Virus record (IMG/VR): IMGVR_UViG_3300025789_000018 | Strand: one strand, 5' to 3' | DNA from: a virus | Taxonomy: Duplodnaviria > Caudoviricetes | Length of the DNA: 64,000 bases | In this document: one piece after another, positions 48,631 through 57,364 of the stretch | Numbering within the stretch: the first letter of the stretch is position 1 | Layout of the letters: each line of letters begins with the position of its first letter | Translations under genes and position numbers: made by a program | The notes under the pieces: generated by a model | Told to the model about the DNA's origin: nothing | Database searches by the model: none | The model's input: the letters and a program-made list of their open reading frames with translations, nothing else

Positions 48631-49079
48631 TCTTCACCTTCCATTTCATATTGCAGATAAATCACACCCGCTTCTTCAAGAATGTCTTTAGCGAGTTTTG
48701 TGGATTCTTTCCAGTGTTCAGGCAGATTCTTAGGAACTTCTGCAATAACAGTTCTGATGCCAACTTGAATGATACCTTTGCAACATTCAGAGCATACAGG
48801 TAAACCATACACGTATAGTTTGGCTCCGTCAAGAGATATTCCATTTAAACATGCATTATAGATGCAGTTCATTTCTCCGTGAACGACATACTTATACTTC
48901 GTTTCACGATCATTCAAGCGATCATCATCTTTGATACCTCTTGGAAAGCCATTGTATCCAGTTGCCAGGACATTTTGATTTTTTCCAATAGCAACAACAC
49001 CAATCTGTTTAGATGGATCTTTTGACCAAGTTGAGATATTCTTAGCCGTATCCAAATGACGGCGTGTCCACTTATGCAT
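48627..49079 (-). CDS. cd: dCMP deaminase
   Basis: SKDPS..IG, GYNGFPRG, VVHGEMNCI, PVCSEC. Confidence 0.9.
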   Translation of the reverse strand: MHKWTRRHLDTAKNISTWSKDPSKQIGVVAIGKNQNVLATGYNGFPRGIKDDDRLNDRETKYKYVVHGEMNCIYNACLNGISLDGAKLYVYGLPVCSECCKGIIQVGIRTVIAEVPKNLPEHWKESTKLAKDILEEAGVIYLQYEMEGEE

Positions 49080-49993
49080 TATACAGTTTCTTTCTTCAAA
49101 CGAACTAGTTTCATTCCGTAGTTGTCTACTTTAGGTAGTGACTTCAGATCAATGTCTTTCTTCATAATCAACTGGTTCTTCTTGAATGGACCATAGTCAA
49201 CGTAATGATGCCATCTACCGTAGCGAAATACCATGCGGGCCACGTCTGGATGCATGTCTACGAGCATTTGTGACTTGTTGATTGTTCCCTCTGGATTAAG
49301 CTGGCCATCTCTCCATTGAGCCTTGTCTTGTGTGCCTTCAGCATGATAAAACTCAGCAGTGTTACCACCTTTGACAGTCTGTGTTGCAGCTTTGCCTTGA
49401 AGAAAAGCATTAAACTGAATAGTACAATCACCATCTTTCAATACACGAAGGCAGATATCAGTATCTTCGTTGTAACGACCACGCCAGCGATGCTTACAAT
49501 CATTTCGGATAAGCAATGTGGAATAGATACGAGTGTTTGTTACAAAGGCAGGATACTTCTGATTTGGTGCAATAAAGAAACGATATTGAAAACCAGAGAT
49601 AGGAACATTCTCATATCGGTCAACAAAGTCTTCAGCAACTTTGAAGATCACACCAGATTCAACGCGAATACGACTGTTTTCATGGAGACGATAAAAGTCT
49701 GTGATGTTGTCGTCCATTACCCAGTGACTAGTTGCACCAATAGAGATAGAATGATCCCAGCACCAGTTTCTAGCGCGACCTGGTCCGTCGCCGTGATTAC
49801 TGAAAGGTGCAACTAGAAGAGTGACATACTCACGGATGCCAAAGTTGTCTAGTGCTTGTTCATACAAAGCTTCATCCTGTGGTTCAATCGCAATGTAATG
49901 TGGCACTTTCATTCGTGCCAATGAACGAGAGGTCAGCATTGATTCATGCCGACCTTTACTAATGATATAGACAGGATATTTTGGATTAGTCAT
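49079..49993 (-). CDS. TET/JBP-associated-type (GREB1-like) glycosyltransferase
   Basis: YPVYIISKGR, GPGRARNW, WVMDDN, IYSTLLI, RGRYNED.D, GGNT. Confidence 0.7.
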   Translation of the reverse strand: MTNPKYPVYIISKGRHESMLTSRSLARMKVPHYIAIEPQDEALYEQALDNFGIREYVTLLVAPFSNHGDGPGRARNWCWDHSISIGATSHWVMDDNITDFYRLHENSRIRVESGVIFKVAEDFVDRYENVPISGFQYRFFIAPNQKYPAFVTNTRIYSTLLIRNDCKHRWRGRYNEDTDICLRVLKDGDCTIQFNAFLQGKAATQTVKGGNTAEFYHAEGTQDKAQWRDGQLNPEGTINKSQMLVDMHPDVARMVFRYGRWHHYVDYGPFKKNQLIMKKDIDLKSLPKVDNYGMKLVRLKKETV

Positions 49994-50336
49994 CAGTTTC
50001 AATCCACCTACGAAGTGCATTTGCATCACGATCTAGCTTTGGATGCCAGATGCTTTTTGTTTTGATAGTAAGATGCTGATCGATCAACTTGGCAAACTCT
50101 TCATAGTCTTCTTTGTTACGGAAGCTTACGTAAATCTGTTTATATGGTGGATTAGTATCTTGCTTGAACTCGGGCATTCCTACCCAATGTTTCTTCCACT
50201 TTACATCATCTTGCTCCAAAGTTTCGTCTTCAGGCAAGAATGCATCAAGAGTAGATACACCATAAGAGATGTTCTTTGAGTCAATCAGACTTTCGTATTC
50301 TGTAGATTCATCAACTACAGGCTTATTGTCTTCCAT
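49986..50336 (-). CDS. Conserved partner of the glycosyltransferase
   Basis: WVGMPEF..IYVSF..EDYEEFAKLIDQ..T.KTKSIWHP; overlaps the GT start. Confidence 0.6.
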   Translation of the reverse strand: MEDNKPVVDESTEYESLIDSKNISYGVSTLDAFLPEDETLEQDDVKWKKHWVGMPEFKQDTNPPYKQIYVSFRNKEDYEEFAKLIDQHLTIKTKSIWHPKLDRDANALRRWIETDD

Positions 50337-50349
50337 AATATACTCCGTC

Positions 50350-50865
50350 TTATGCGATAGCTAGTTTCTTATTGATTTTGTTGAACGCTTTCTGTTGTTT
50401 GAAAGCCTGTTCTTTGTGGATCAAACTAGCGCGATTGATATGAACAATGCCGTTTAGATGATCTAGTTCATGTTGAAACACACGAGCAGTTAGACCTTCA
50501 AACTTTTCTGTTCTCGTTTCGCCGTTAGGCATAGTAAAGCGAACTTTGATCACAGCTGGACGCTTGATCTTTACCGATAGCCCAGGATGACTTAAGCAGC
50601 CTTCTAACATATACACTTGCTCGGCGGAAGAGTCAACGATTTTTGGGTTGAAACATGCAAGAATCTGTTCGCCATTGATGACAAATGCACGATAGGGCAG
50701 ACCGACCTGATTCGCAGCAAGCCCCAAGCCTTTGTTCTCAATCATAGTCTCAGCTAGATCACGAGCCAACTGAATAGGATCAGTAGGTGGATTGCTGAAA
50801 TCAAAATATTCAAGTTCTGTTTTGAGAATAAGATCGTTCTTATCTACAAGAGGTAGAATAGCCAT
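50350..50865 (-). CDS. def: Peptide deformylase
   Basis: GLGLAANQVG, EGCLS, QHELDH. Confidence 0.95.
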   Translation of the reverse strand: MAILPLVDKNDLILKTELEYFDFSNPPTDPIQLARDLAETMIENKGLGLAANQVGLPYRAFVINGEQILACFNPKIVDSSAEQVYMLEGCLSHPGLSVKIKRPAVIKVRFTMPNGETRTEKFEGLTARVFQHELDHLNGIVHINRASLIHKEQAFKQQKAFNKINKKLAIA

Positions 50866-51242
50866 CAGTTTACTCCTAGGATTGGCTTAAGATTTGGTCG
50901 AACATAGTTTGGTCCTTTGATGATCTTGCCATCTTCGCGATGAACAGGCTTACCATCTTCACCAAGCTTGGTCATGTTACTATTGTGTACTTCTGCTAGA
51001 CAAGCATCTAGATCAATGCCAAAAGCAACACCAGCACCGTAGGTGACATATAGAATGTCAGTCAGCGCGTCTGCTACTTCTACCAAGTTCTTGTCCTTGA
51101 TCGCATCCTTAAGTTCCTGAAACTCTTCGCGAATCAGTTCTACGCGAAGTTTAATAACGTCTTTTGCAGGAAACCCTGGAGTATCTGGAGCATCTTGACC
51201 AAATACTGTAGTGAACTCTTTTACTTTTTCAAAGTTAGTCAT
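50865..51242 (-). CDS. MazG-like / PRA-PH NTP pyrophosphohydrolase
   Basis: [29 protein letters not shown]. Confidence 0.85.
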   Translation of the reverse strand: MTNFEKVKEFTTVFGQDAPDTPGFPAKDVIKLRVELIREEFQELKDAIKDKNLVEVADALTDILYVTYGAGVAFGIDLDACLAEVHNSNMTKLGEDGKPVHREDGKIIKGPNYVRPNLKPILGVN

Positions 51243-51265
51243 GCTATTCCTCACATTAAAATTTA

Positions 51266-51335
51266 TATAAATATATTGTGGTTCACGATATTACCAGTAT
51301 CCAACCACTCTAGTCCTCGTACAAGGAGTCCAGCC
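51266..51335 (+). promoter_or_regulatory. Late promoter plus conserved hairpin leader, copy 5
   Basis: TATAAATA; GTGGTT-CAC-GATA-ttaccag-TATC-C-AACCAC-TCTA; TCCT..AGGA stem. Confidence 0.8.
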
Positions 51336-51914
51336 ATGAATACTTATTACGTCTATGCATATATCAGAAAATCTGATAACACACCATACTACATAGGTAA
51401 AGGGAAATCAAGAAGAATGTACGAAAAACATTCTGTTTCTATTCCCAAAGATAAATCCAAAATAGTTTTTCTAGAAACAAATCTTTCAGAGATTGGGGCA
51501 TTCGCATTAGAACGTCGATATATTAGATGGTATGGCAGAAAAGATTTAGGAACAGGCATTCTTCGCAATAGAACGGACGGAGGAGAAGGATGTTCCGGAA
51601 GAATTATGAGCGAAGAACACAAAATCAAAGTCTCTATAACTGGCAAGAAAAATAAAGGCAAAAAACATTCTGCCGAAACTATAGAAAAAAGAGCAGCGAA
51701 ACTAAGAGGCATTCCGCAAAGTTTAGAATTAGTAAGAAAACGAACAGGGCCCAGGATAGGCACAAAGGTGTCCGACGAAAGCAAACTAAAAAACTCGATA
51801 TCAAACAAAAATAGACCTAAAGAGTTATGTCCACATTGTTTAATAATTGCGTCTAAGGGTAATATTCTTAGATGGCACTTGGATAAATGTAAACAAGCTA
51901 CTCGACAACCATAA
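51336..51914 (+). CDS. GIY-YIG-like homing endonuclease with NUMOD3-like region
   Basis: [17 protein letters not shown]...I..YGR.D...GIL.N.TDGGEG; start after AAGGAG. Confidence 0.85.
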   Translation: MNTYYVYAYIRKSDNTPYYIGKGKSRRMYEKHSVSIPKDKSKIVFLETNLSEIGAFALERRYIRWYGRKDLGTGILRNRTDGGEGCSGRIMSEEHKIKVSITGKKNKGKKHSAETIEKRAAKLRGIPQSLELVRKRTGPRIGTKVSDESKLKNSISNKNRPKELCPHCLIIASKGNILRWHLDKCKQATRQP

Positions 51915-53619
51915 CACTGAAATTTCTCTTCTTCTCAAAACGAATGATGTTAGTGAATTTGTCCATCAGTGATGCTCCCTTATGTGAAATGATGAACACA
52001 TTGGTGTCAGCCGTTACGCTGCTTAGAATCTTGAAGAACTCATCTGTACCACTAGTATCCAAAGAACTATCAAAAACCTCGTCCATAATCAAAAGATTTG
52101 TGCTGACGCTGTTACGAAGTTTTGCCACTGCTCTCCATGTAAACAAAATAGCTAAATCCAGGCGCATCTTTTCGCCTTCAGAGAATGACGCATAAGAGAA
52201 CTCATCACGAAACCGCGACTTAATCTTTTCATCAAAACTTTCATCAAGTTCAAACTGGACAAAGAAGTCCATTGCCGCAAGATACTTGTTGATTAGCTTG
52301 TTCATGACAGGAACATATTGCTTGATGATCTTGGTCTTGATACCACCATCTTTCAGCAGAACAGCAGCAGTACCCAACAAAGAACGATTTTCGGTTAGTT
52401 CTTCAATAAGTGTGTGAACGTCTTTCAGTTCTTTCTTGGCTTTGTTTAGATCAACAGCATCCGTCTCTACCTTAGTCTGCTTATTACGAAGTGCTTCAAT
52501 CTCTTTCTGCAACTCGCTGTTATACTTCTGGTACATACGAATCTTGTTGTTGCGGTCTGTTATCTCTGCATTATATTCTGAGATTTGATTGCTAATATCA
52601 ACAATCTCTTTCATTCGTGTATTGATCTTCGCCTGTTCTTCTGATAGTTTAGTTAAGGCTGTGTCTAACTCTTCTGCACTGGCAATCTTTGTGTTTAGAT
52701 TTTCTTCCTTGAAAACAGGATCAATGTCTTGTGTACAAGTCGGGCAGTGATCGTGAGTATGCAGAAACTTGATATGCTTGTTATGATCGGTCAGTTTGAA
52801 CTTCAACTCAGAGTGAAGCGTGGTGACCTTGTTCAATCTATCCGTAATAGATTGCTCATCGCCAATATTGAGTTTCAAATCGTCAATCTGTTCGGAGATT
52901 TTGTCAATCTCGGCATTTGCAGTCTCGATCAGAGTTTTATGTTCGTAAATCTTGCCGTGCTTGATGTCGATCAAGTCTTCATTGTTTTGCCGAAGTGATT
53001 CGATATGCTTCTTATTCAAATCAATCTTTTGTTCACAAAGAGCCAGTTGTGTGTTGGCATCCTTTAGTGCATCTTTGTTGTCTTGAATACGTGTCTTCAG
53101 TAGATTGTTCATCGTTGAGAAAATCTGGATATCCAGAAGGTCTTCAATGAAGTCACGTCTAGCTTGTGCTGGCAACTGCATGAAAGGAACAAAGGTAGAA
53201 GCACCGAGCGTGATGATCTGTGAGAATGACTTATGAGACAGCTTCAGGATATTCTTCTCCAGAACGTCCTGATAGTCACCAGACTTGGCTTCTTGATTCA
53301 GTAGAGAACCATCAACAAAGATTTCAAAGACGTTTGGCTTGATGCCACGTCGAACCAGATACTCTTTCTTACCAATAGCGAACTCGATTTCAACAAGCAA
53401 GTTCTTGCCGTTGATCGCATTCAAGAGTTGTGGCTTATTGATCTTGCGAAAGGGTTTACCATAAAGAGCAAACGAAATCGCTTCGATAAAGGTGGACTTA
53501 CCAGCGCCATTTTCACCGACAATCAGAGTTGATGCGGCTTCATTTAGTTTGACTTCTGTAAAGGTATTGCCCGTTGAAAGCAGGTTCCTCCAACGTACTA
53601 CTTTGAATAGAATCATCAT
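51898..53619 (-). CDS. 46: Recombination endonuclease subunit gp46 (Rad50-like)
   Basis: [13 protein letters not shown] hook, [23 protein letters not shown]. Confidence 0.96.
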   Translation of the reverse strand: MMILFKVVRWRNLLSTGNTFTEVKLNEAASTLIVGENGAGKSTFIEAISFALYGKPFRKINKPQLLNAINGKNLLVEIEFAIGKKEYLVRRGIKPNVFEIFVDGSLLNQEAKSGDYQDVLEKNILKLSHKSFSQIITLGASTFVPFMQLPAQARRDFIEDLLDIQIFSTMNNLLKTRIQDNKDALKDANTQLALCEQKIDLNKKHIESLRQNNEDLIDIKHGKIYEHKTLIETANAEIDKISEQIDDLKLNIGDEQSITDRLNKVTTLHSELKFKLTDHNKHIKFLHTHDHCPTCTQDIDPVFKEENLNTKIASAEELDTALTKLSEEQAKINTRMKEIVDISNQISEYNAEITDRNNKIRMYQKYNSELQKEIEALRNKQTKVETDAVDLNKAKKELKDVHTLIEELTENRSLLGTAAVLLKDGGIKTKIIKQYVPVMNKLINKYLAAMDFFVQFELDESFDEKIKSRFRDEFSYASFSEGEKMRLDLAILFTWRAVAKLRNSVSTNLLIMDEVFDSSLDTSGTDEFFKILSSVTADTNVFIISHKGASLMDKFTNIIRFEKKRNFSVMVVE

Positions 53620-53625
53620 TATACC

Positions 53626-53880
53626 TTAGTTTAGATTTATCTTAGGCGGTTCAACAAAGATATATCCCACATCTTTCAAATACTCGATTTGATCATTTGT
53701 TGCTTTGATTGCTGGATAAACTGCCGATCTTTCATAGCTATGATTGAAAGCCCATAGTTGATATATCTCTGCACCACATTTCAATGCATGGAAGCAAAAC
53801 TCACCCAAACTTTTTTTTGAAAGATTGATGCGTTTGCCGTCATGCTCATGGATGTGATATGAGTTTTTATCTTTATGCAT
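53626..53880 (-). CDS. Hypothetical protein between 47 and 46
   Basis: AT-rich ORF filling the gap. Confidence 0.5.
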   Translation of the reverse strand: MHKDKNSYHIHEHDGKRINLSKKSLGEFCFHALKCGAEIYQLWAFNHSYERSAVYPAIKATNDQIEYLKDVGYIFVEPPKINLN

Positions 53881-53886
53881 ATTACC

Positions 53887-54948
53887 TCAATCGATGCTCA
53901 TGGCTTCATCATACAAGGAACGTATCAGATTGTCAAGAGATTTCTTGTCCACATCCAGTTCAAGATTGTCTGTGTATTTCCGCAAAATAGTCAATGTGTC
54001 TTCTGCTTCATCCACAATATCTTCATCGGTTTCAAGGTTGAGATTCAAGTTATCATCAACAACCTGGATGTTTGCTGGGCTAGATTTCTCCATCGTATCA
54101 ATGAACATATCAAACCAATAGGGATTGTTCTTGTTCTTGACGATCACTTTTACGTATGTGTTTCTGTATGGGCTATAGTCAATGTCTGTAAAGTCTGTCA
54201 GTTTTGCATTCGAATCATCATAGACAAACTTGTAGAACATGCGGAATGGATTCTCCACAAAGGTCGCTGTGCGCGTTTCTGTATCAAAGATATGGAAACC
54301 CTTAGGATCGTTATAATCGCTCCAAGTCATCTCATATGGGCAACCAAAGTATGTTATATTGCCTTTAGTTGAGCGGTGATGAAAGTGACCAGAGCCAACA
54401 AAGTCAAACTTCTGAAAGACGCTGGAATCCATACCTTCATGACCAGTATCACCTTTGTACATGGAGAAACCACCAAGTTCTAGGTGACCAAATGCAACCT
54501 GTGCATCAGTCGATTTAATCAGATCCATTGTTTGCTTCTGATTGTCTTCGCAGATCCAAGGAAGCAGCAGCGTCTTCATGCTGCCTAGTTCAATCTCCGC
54601 GGGTTTGGAGATGACTTTGATGTTGTCATAGTCTGATAGCAGAAGGTCTAGAGCATTCATCTCCAGAGTGTTCTTGTAGGGGATTACATGGTTTCCAACT
54701 AGCGTAATCAGAGACATATTATTATCACGGATCTTATCAAACCAGTATGAACGAGCGCGTGACAATGTATAGAAACTAATGTACTTCCGACGGTCTAATG
54801 TATCACCAGTGTCTAGAATAAGATTGATGTCGTGTTCCTTGAGGTATGGAAAGAAGAACTCAGAATAGAAGTTCTCCATCATGTCATGGAACACAACACT
54901 GTCACCGCGTACACCAAAATGCTGATCGGTAATAATAGCAAACTTCAT
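53887..54948 (-). CDS. 47: Recombination endonuclease subunit gp47 (Mre11-like)
   Basis: ITDQHFG, GDTLDRRK, VGNH, GHLEL.GF, SGHFH. Confidence 0.95.
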   Translation of the reverse strand: MKFAIITDQHFGVRGDSVVFHDMMENFYSEFFFPYLKEHDINLILDTGDTLDRRKYISFYTLSRARSYWFDKIRDNNMSLITLVGNHVIPYKNTLEMNALDLLLSDYDNIKVISKPAEIELGSMKTLLLPWICEDNQKQTMDLIKSTDAQVAFGHLELGGFSMYKGDTGHEGMDSSVFQKFDFVGSGHFHHRSTKGNITYFGCPYEMTWSDYNDPKGFHIFDTETRTATFVENPFRMFYKFVYDDSNAKLTDFTDIDYSPYRNTYVKVIVKNKNNPYWFDMFIDTMEKSSPANIQVVDDNLNLNLETDEDIVDEAEDTLTILRKYTDNLELDVDKKSLDNLIRSLYDEAMSID

Positions 54949-55208
54949 GTATTACTTTCCATCATCTAGATATGTCGATAGCGCATGTTCATGACCAACA
55001 AACCAAGCTGCTTTCAACCAAGCCCTAAGTTTGTTGTAGTCTTTTTGATCTAGCATCGAAAAATCATCATCCAATCTATCTTCACGAATAGAGAAGCATT
55101 CAGCTTCATTTAACCAATGTTCAAATGTCATACACTCACTTCCACATATTTATGATTGTACCTATAGCAAACATTACACTACCCGCAAGATAAAACCAGT
55201 TTGCCATC

Positions 55209-55424
55209 TTATACAATCTTTCGTTTCTTTGGCTTTGCCAACTCTTCTTGTGCTTGTTTCTTGTCATAGAACTTTACCGCATCATCGCAGTAGTCTCTGA
55301 TATTCATCAAGGTGCGCTTGTAGTTGTCACGAATATAAACATTGTTCGTTGGATCAAACAGGTTCTTCACAACGGCTTCTACGCCTGCGGGAATGTTATT
55401 TTTGTCTGTCTTCATCTTAGTCAC
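55209..55424 (-). CDS. Conserved hypothetical protein downstream of 55
   Basis: RDNYKRTLMNIRDYC. Confidence 0.6.
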   Translation of the reverse strand: MTKMKTDKNNIPAGVEAVVKNLFDPTNNVYIRDNYKRTLMNIRDYCDDAVKFYDKKQAQEELAKPKKRKIV

Positions 55425-55986
55425 TTTCTATGAACTTGTCAATACCTTTTTTCACCTTTGGCTTTTTCTCTGCGGTCTCAGCTTTACGTTCTGCTATTTT
55501 CTTTTCATAATCAGACACAAAGCTGGTCATGTTATCAGTGTTGTTCATTTCTGTAGAGTTAGGATTATCCGAATCTCCATACTCTGTAGCAGCACCGACT
55601 AACACCGCATTCTCAAAGGCTTTATACTTAATGTACGTTTGCTTCTTCTCTTTCTGAATACGAAGGACGTAGGCATTATATATGATACGAGTAAAGTATG
55701 CGAAGGGATTGTTCGACTTGTCTGGATTGAAGTTGTGCATGTAGCTGATGCAGTTTTCAATGCCATCTGAAATCATTTCTTCTTTATAAGAATAGTTGAC
55801 AAAGTTACCCTTGGTGGCTAGCTTAGTTGCGATCTTGAAGATACATACACCAATATACTCAGGGATTCTTGGTGCTGGTAACCCTGCTTCTAGCGCATCT
55901 TGCTTTTTCTTACGATAATCAATCAGTGCATTGTAGAATGATTTGTTGTCAACATAATGCCTGCTGGTATCTTTAGGTCGTGCCAT
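55417..55986 (-). CDS. 55: Late-transcription sigma factor gp55
   Basis: HYVDNK.FY, PEYIG.C..KIA, FVNYSYKEEMISDGIENC, NPFAYFTRI. Confidence 0.95.
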   Translation of the reverse strand: MARPKDTSRHYVDNKSFYNALIDYRKKKQDALEAGLPAPRIPEYIGVCIFKIATKLATKGNFVNYSYKEEMISDGIENCISYMHNFNPDKSNNPFAYFTRIIYNAYVLRIQKEKKQTYIKYKAFENAVLVGAATEYGDSDNPNSTEMNNTDNMTSFVSDYEKKIAERKAETAEKKPKVKKGIDKFIESD

Positions 55987-56044
55987 AATATATTCCTTTT
56001 TCTCTTGACTTTTTCCACAGCTTGTATATAATAAGCAATGTGCT

Positions 56045-56398
56045 TTAATGAATACTAGAACTTAGTGGTATTAGAGATTGATCATCATCTTCAGATTGAT
56101 ATCTCATTGATACATTCTTCTCATAGAATGTAACTACTTCTTGCTCTAGATTAGATACGAATATAACATGTTTCTTATCTAAAGTAAAGAGAATATTGAC
56201 ATCATCGAAAGGATTCAATGAGGTAAGATAAGCTTGAAACTTACCAGTGTCTTCTTCGTAATAGCGATTCGCGACCATTGGATACTCAACAACATATCCA
56301 GTTTCAGTCTCAGTATCGAACCTAGACATTACCAACTCTCCTGTTACCAACTTTAATAGAATGTGTGTTGGAACAGGTTCTTTAGATGTCGATGTCAT
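56045..56398 (-). CDS. Conserved hypothetical protein between uvsW and 55
   Basis: LLKLVTGE; likely start MTSTSK overlapping the uvsW C-fragment end. Confidence 0.65.
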   Translation of the reverse strand: MTSTSKEPVPTHILLKLVTGELVMSRFDTETETGYVVEYPMVANRYYEEDTGKFQAYLTSLNPFDDVNILFTLDKKHVIFVSNLEQEVVTFYEKNVSMRYQSEDDDQSLIPLSSSIH

Positions 56399-56706
56399 AA
56401 ATCTTGAAAGCAAACTCTTCTTCTTCATAAATCTTCTTTCTCTCTTTGAGATGTTGCATAGTATAGTTCTGTTTGGACTTCCATGAAAGGTCATCTGCTA
56501 TATCAAAAAGAGTAACAGAATCTTTTATGTTTGACTTTCTTAACCCTCGACCAATAGACTGAAGTGTTTTGATCTTGGACTTGCCTGGTGATGCAAAGAT
56601 GATATTGTGAATGTTCTTGATGTTAACACCCGTGGAGAAACGTACCAGAACTGGCTACGATAATCGCGCCATGTTCAACCTCCTGTCCCACTTTATTTGG
56701 TTTCAT
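56382..56706 (-). CDS. uvsW: UvsW C-terminal fragment (needs +1 shift at TTT-C, 56637-56640)
   Basis: MKPNKVGQEVEHG-AIIVASSGT in one frame, then FSTGVNIKNIHNIIFASPGKSKIKTLQSIGRGLRK...KIYDIDI* in the +1 frame (motifs V, VI). Confidence 0.75.
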
Positions 56707-57364
56707 TTTTCTTATTCTTTCTTCTCTCTAGCATCATTGCTTTGAATGCAGGATCTTTCCAACGCTCTTTTAGTTTGCTACCGTCAGAACCTCTTTTTGG
56801 TCTATTTTTCATTTTTTCTAGATATTCAGGATCTTTCCATTTTTCTTTCAACTTATAGCTAGCGTCTTGTCTCTTATCTATATCACCATTCACTTCCGAC
56901 ATGGTTGTGACAAATCTACTATAAAAAACTTCGTCTGAGTATCGGTTTTTCATATATTCTGTGTGTTGCTTATGTCTCTCTTCCGACCAACTCATATTCT
57001 GCACTCTAACGTTATATTCTTCTGGTGTTAGATTCTTCCATTGTTCTCTAAAAAATACACTAAGATTTTTGCTGTGCAATCTTTTGATCCATCCATACTC
57101 TTTATTACACAAACGTCTATCACTATTATGATACATTAGCATTGTTGTCGCATATATCAGCTTAGGATTATTTGGGTGCATTTTTATCAAAAGCTGATGG
57201 GCAACATAGTGTTCTTCTGGTGTTAGCTTCACAAGATTGCTGGAATCATCAGTGCCACCTAAACATTTAGGAACAATGTGGTGTTTTTCATAATAATCAT
57301 CTACATTGATGCATCTAGTCTTTCCACGTTGTACTAACTCTCCGTAGATTCTCGTGTAGTCCAT
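56693..57364 (-). CDS. MobE-like HNH homing endonuclease inserted in uvsW
   Basis: MDYTRIY..EKHHIVPKCLGGTDDSSNLVKLTPEEHYVAHQLL matches the T4 MobE pattern; TATAAGTA upstream. Confidence 0.88.
   Translation of the reverse strand: MDYTRIYGELVQRGKTRCINVDDYYEKHHIVPKCLGGTDDSSNLVKLTPEEHYVAHQLLIKMHPNNPKLIYATTMLMYHNSDRRLCNKEYGWIKRLHSKNLSVFFREQWKNLTPEEYNVRVQNMSWSEERHKQHTEYMKNRYSDEVFYSRFVTTMSEVNGDIDKRQDASYKLKEKWKDPEYLEKMKNRPKRGSDGSKLKERWKDPAFKAMMLERRKNKKNETK

Noticed and set aside
51195-51335. Upstream start of the 239-aa ORF
   Set aside because: It overlaps the mazG-like gene start, promoter and leader; SD and domain start point to ATG 51336.
56637-56683. GGAGG-ATG start with amber read-through or genome-wide TAG recoding
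   Set aside because: That frame gives MARLS*PVLVR, not the conserved AIIVASSGT; TAG ends regA and other genes normally.
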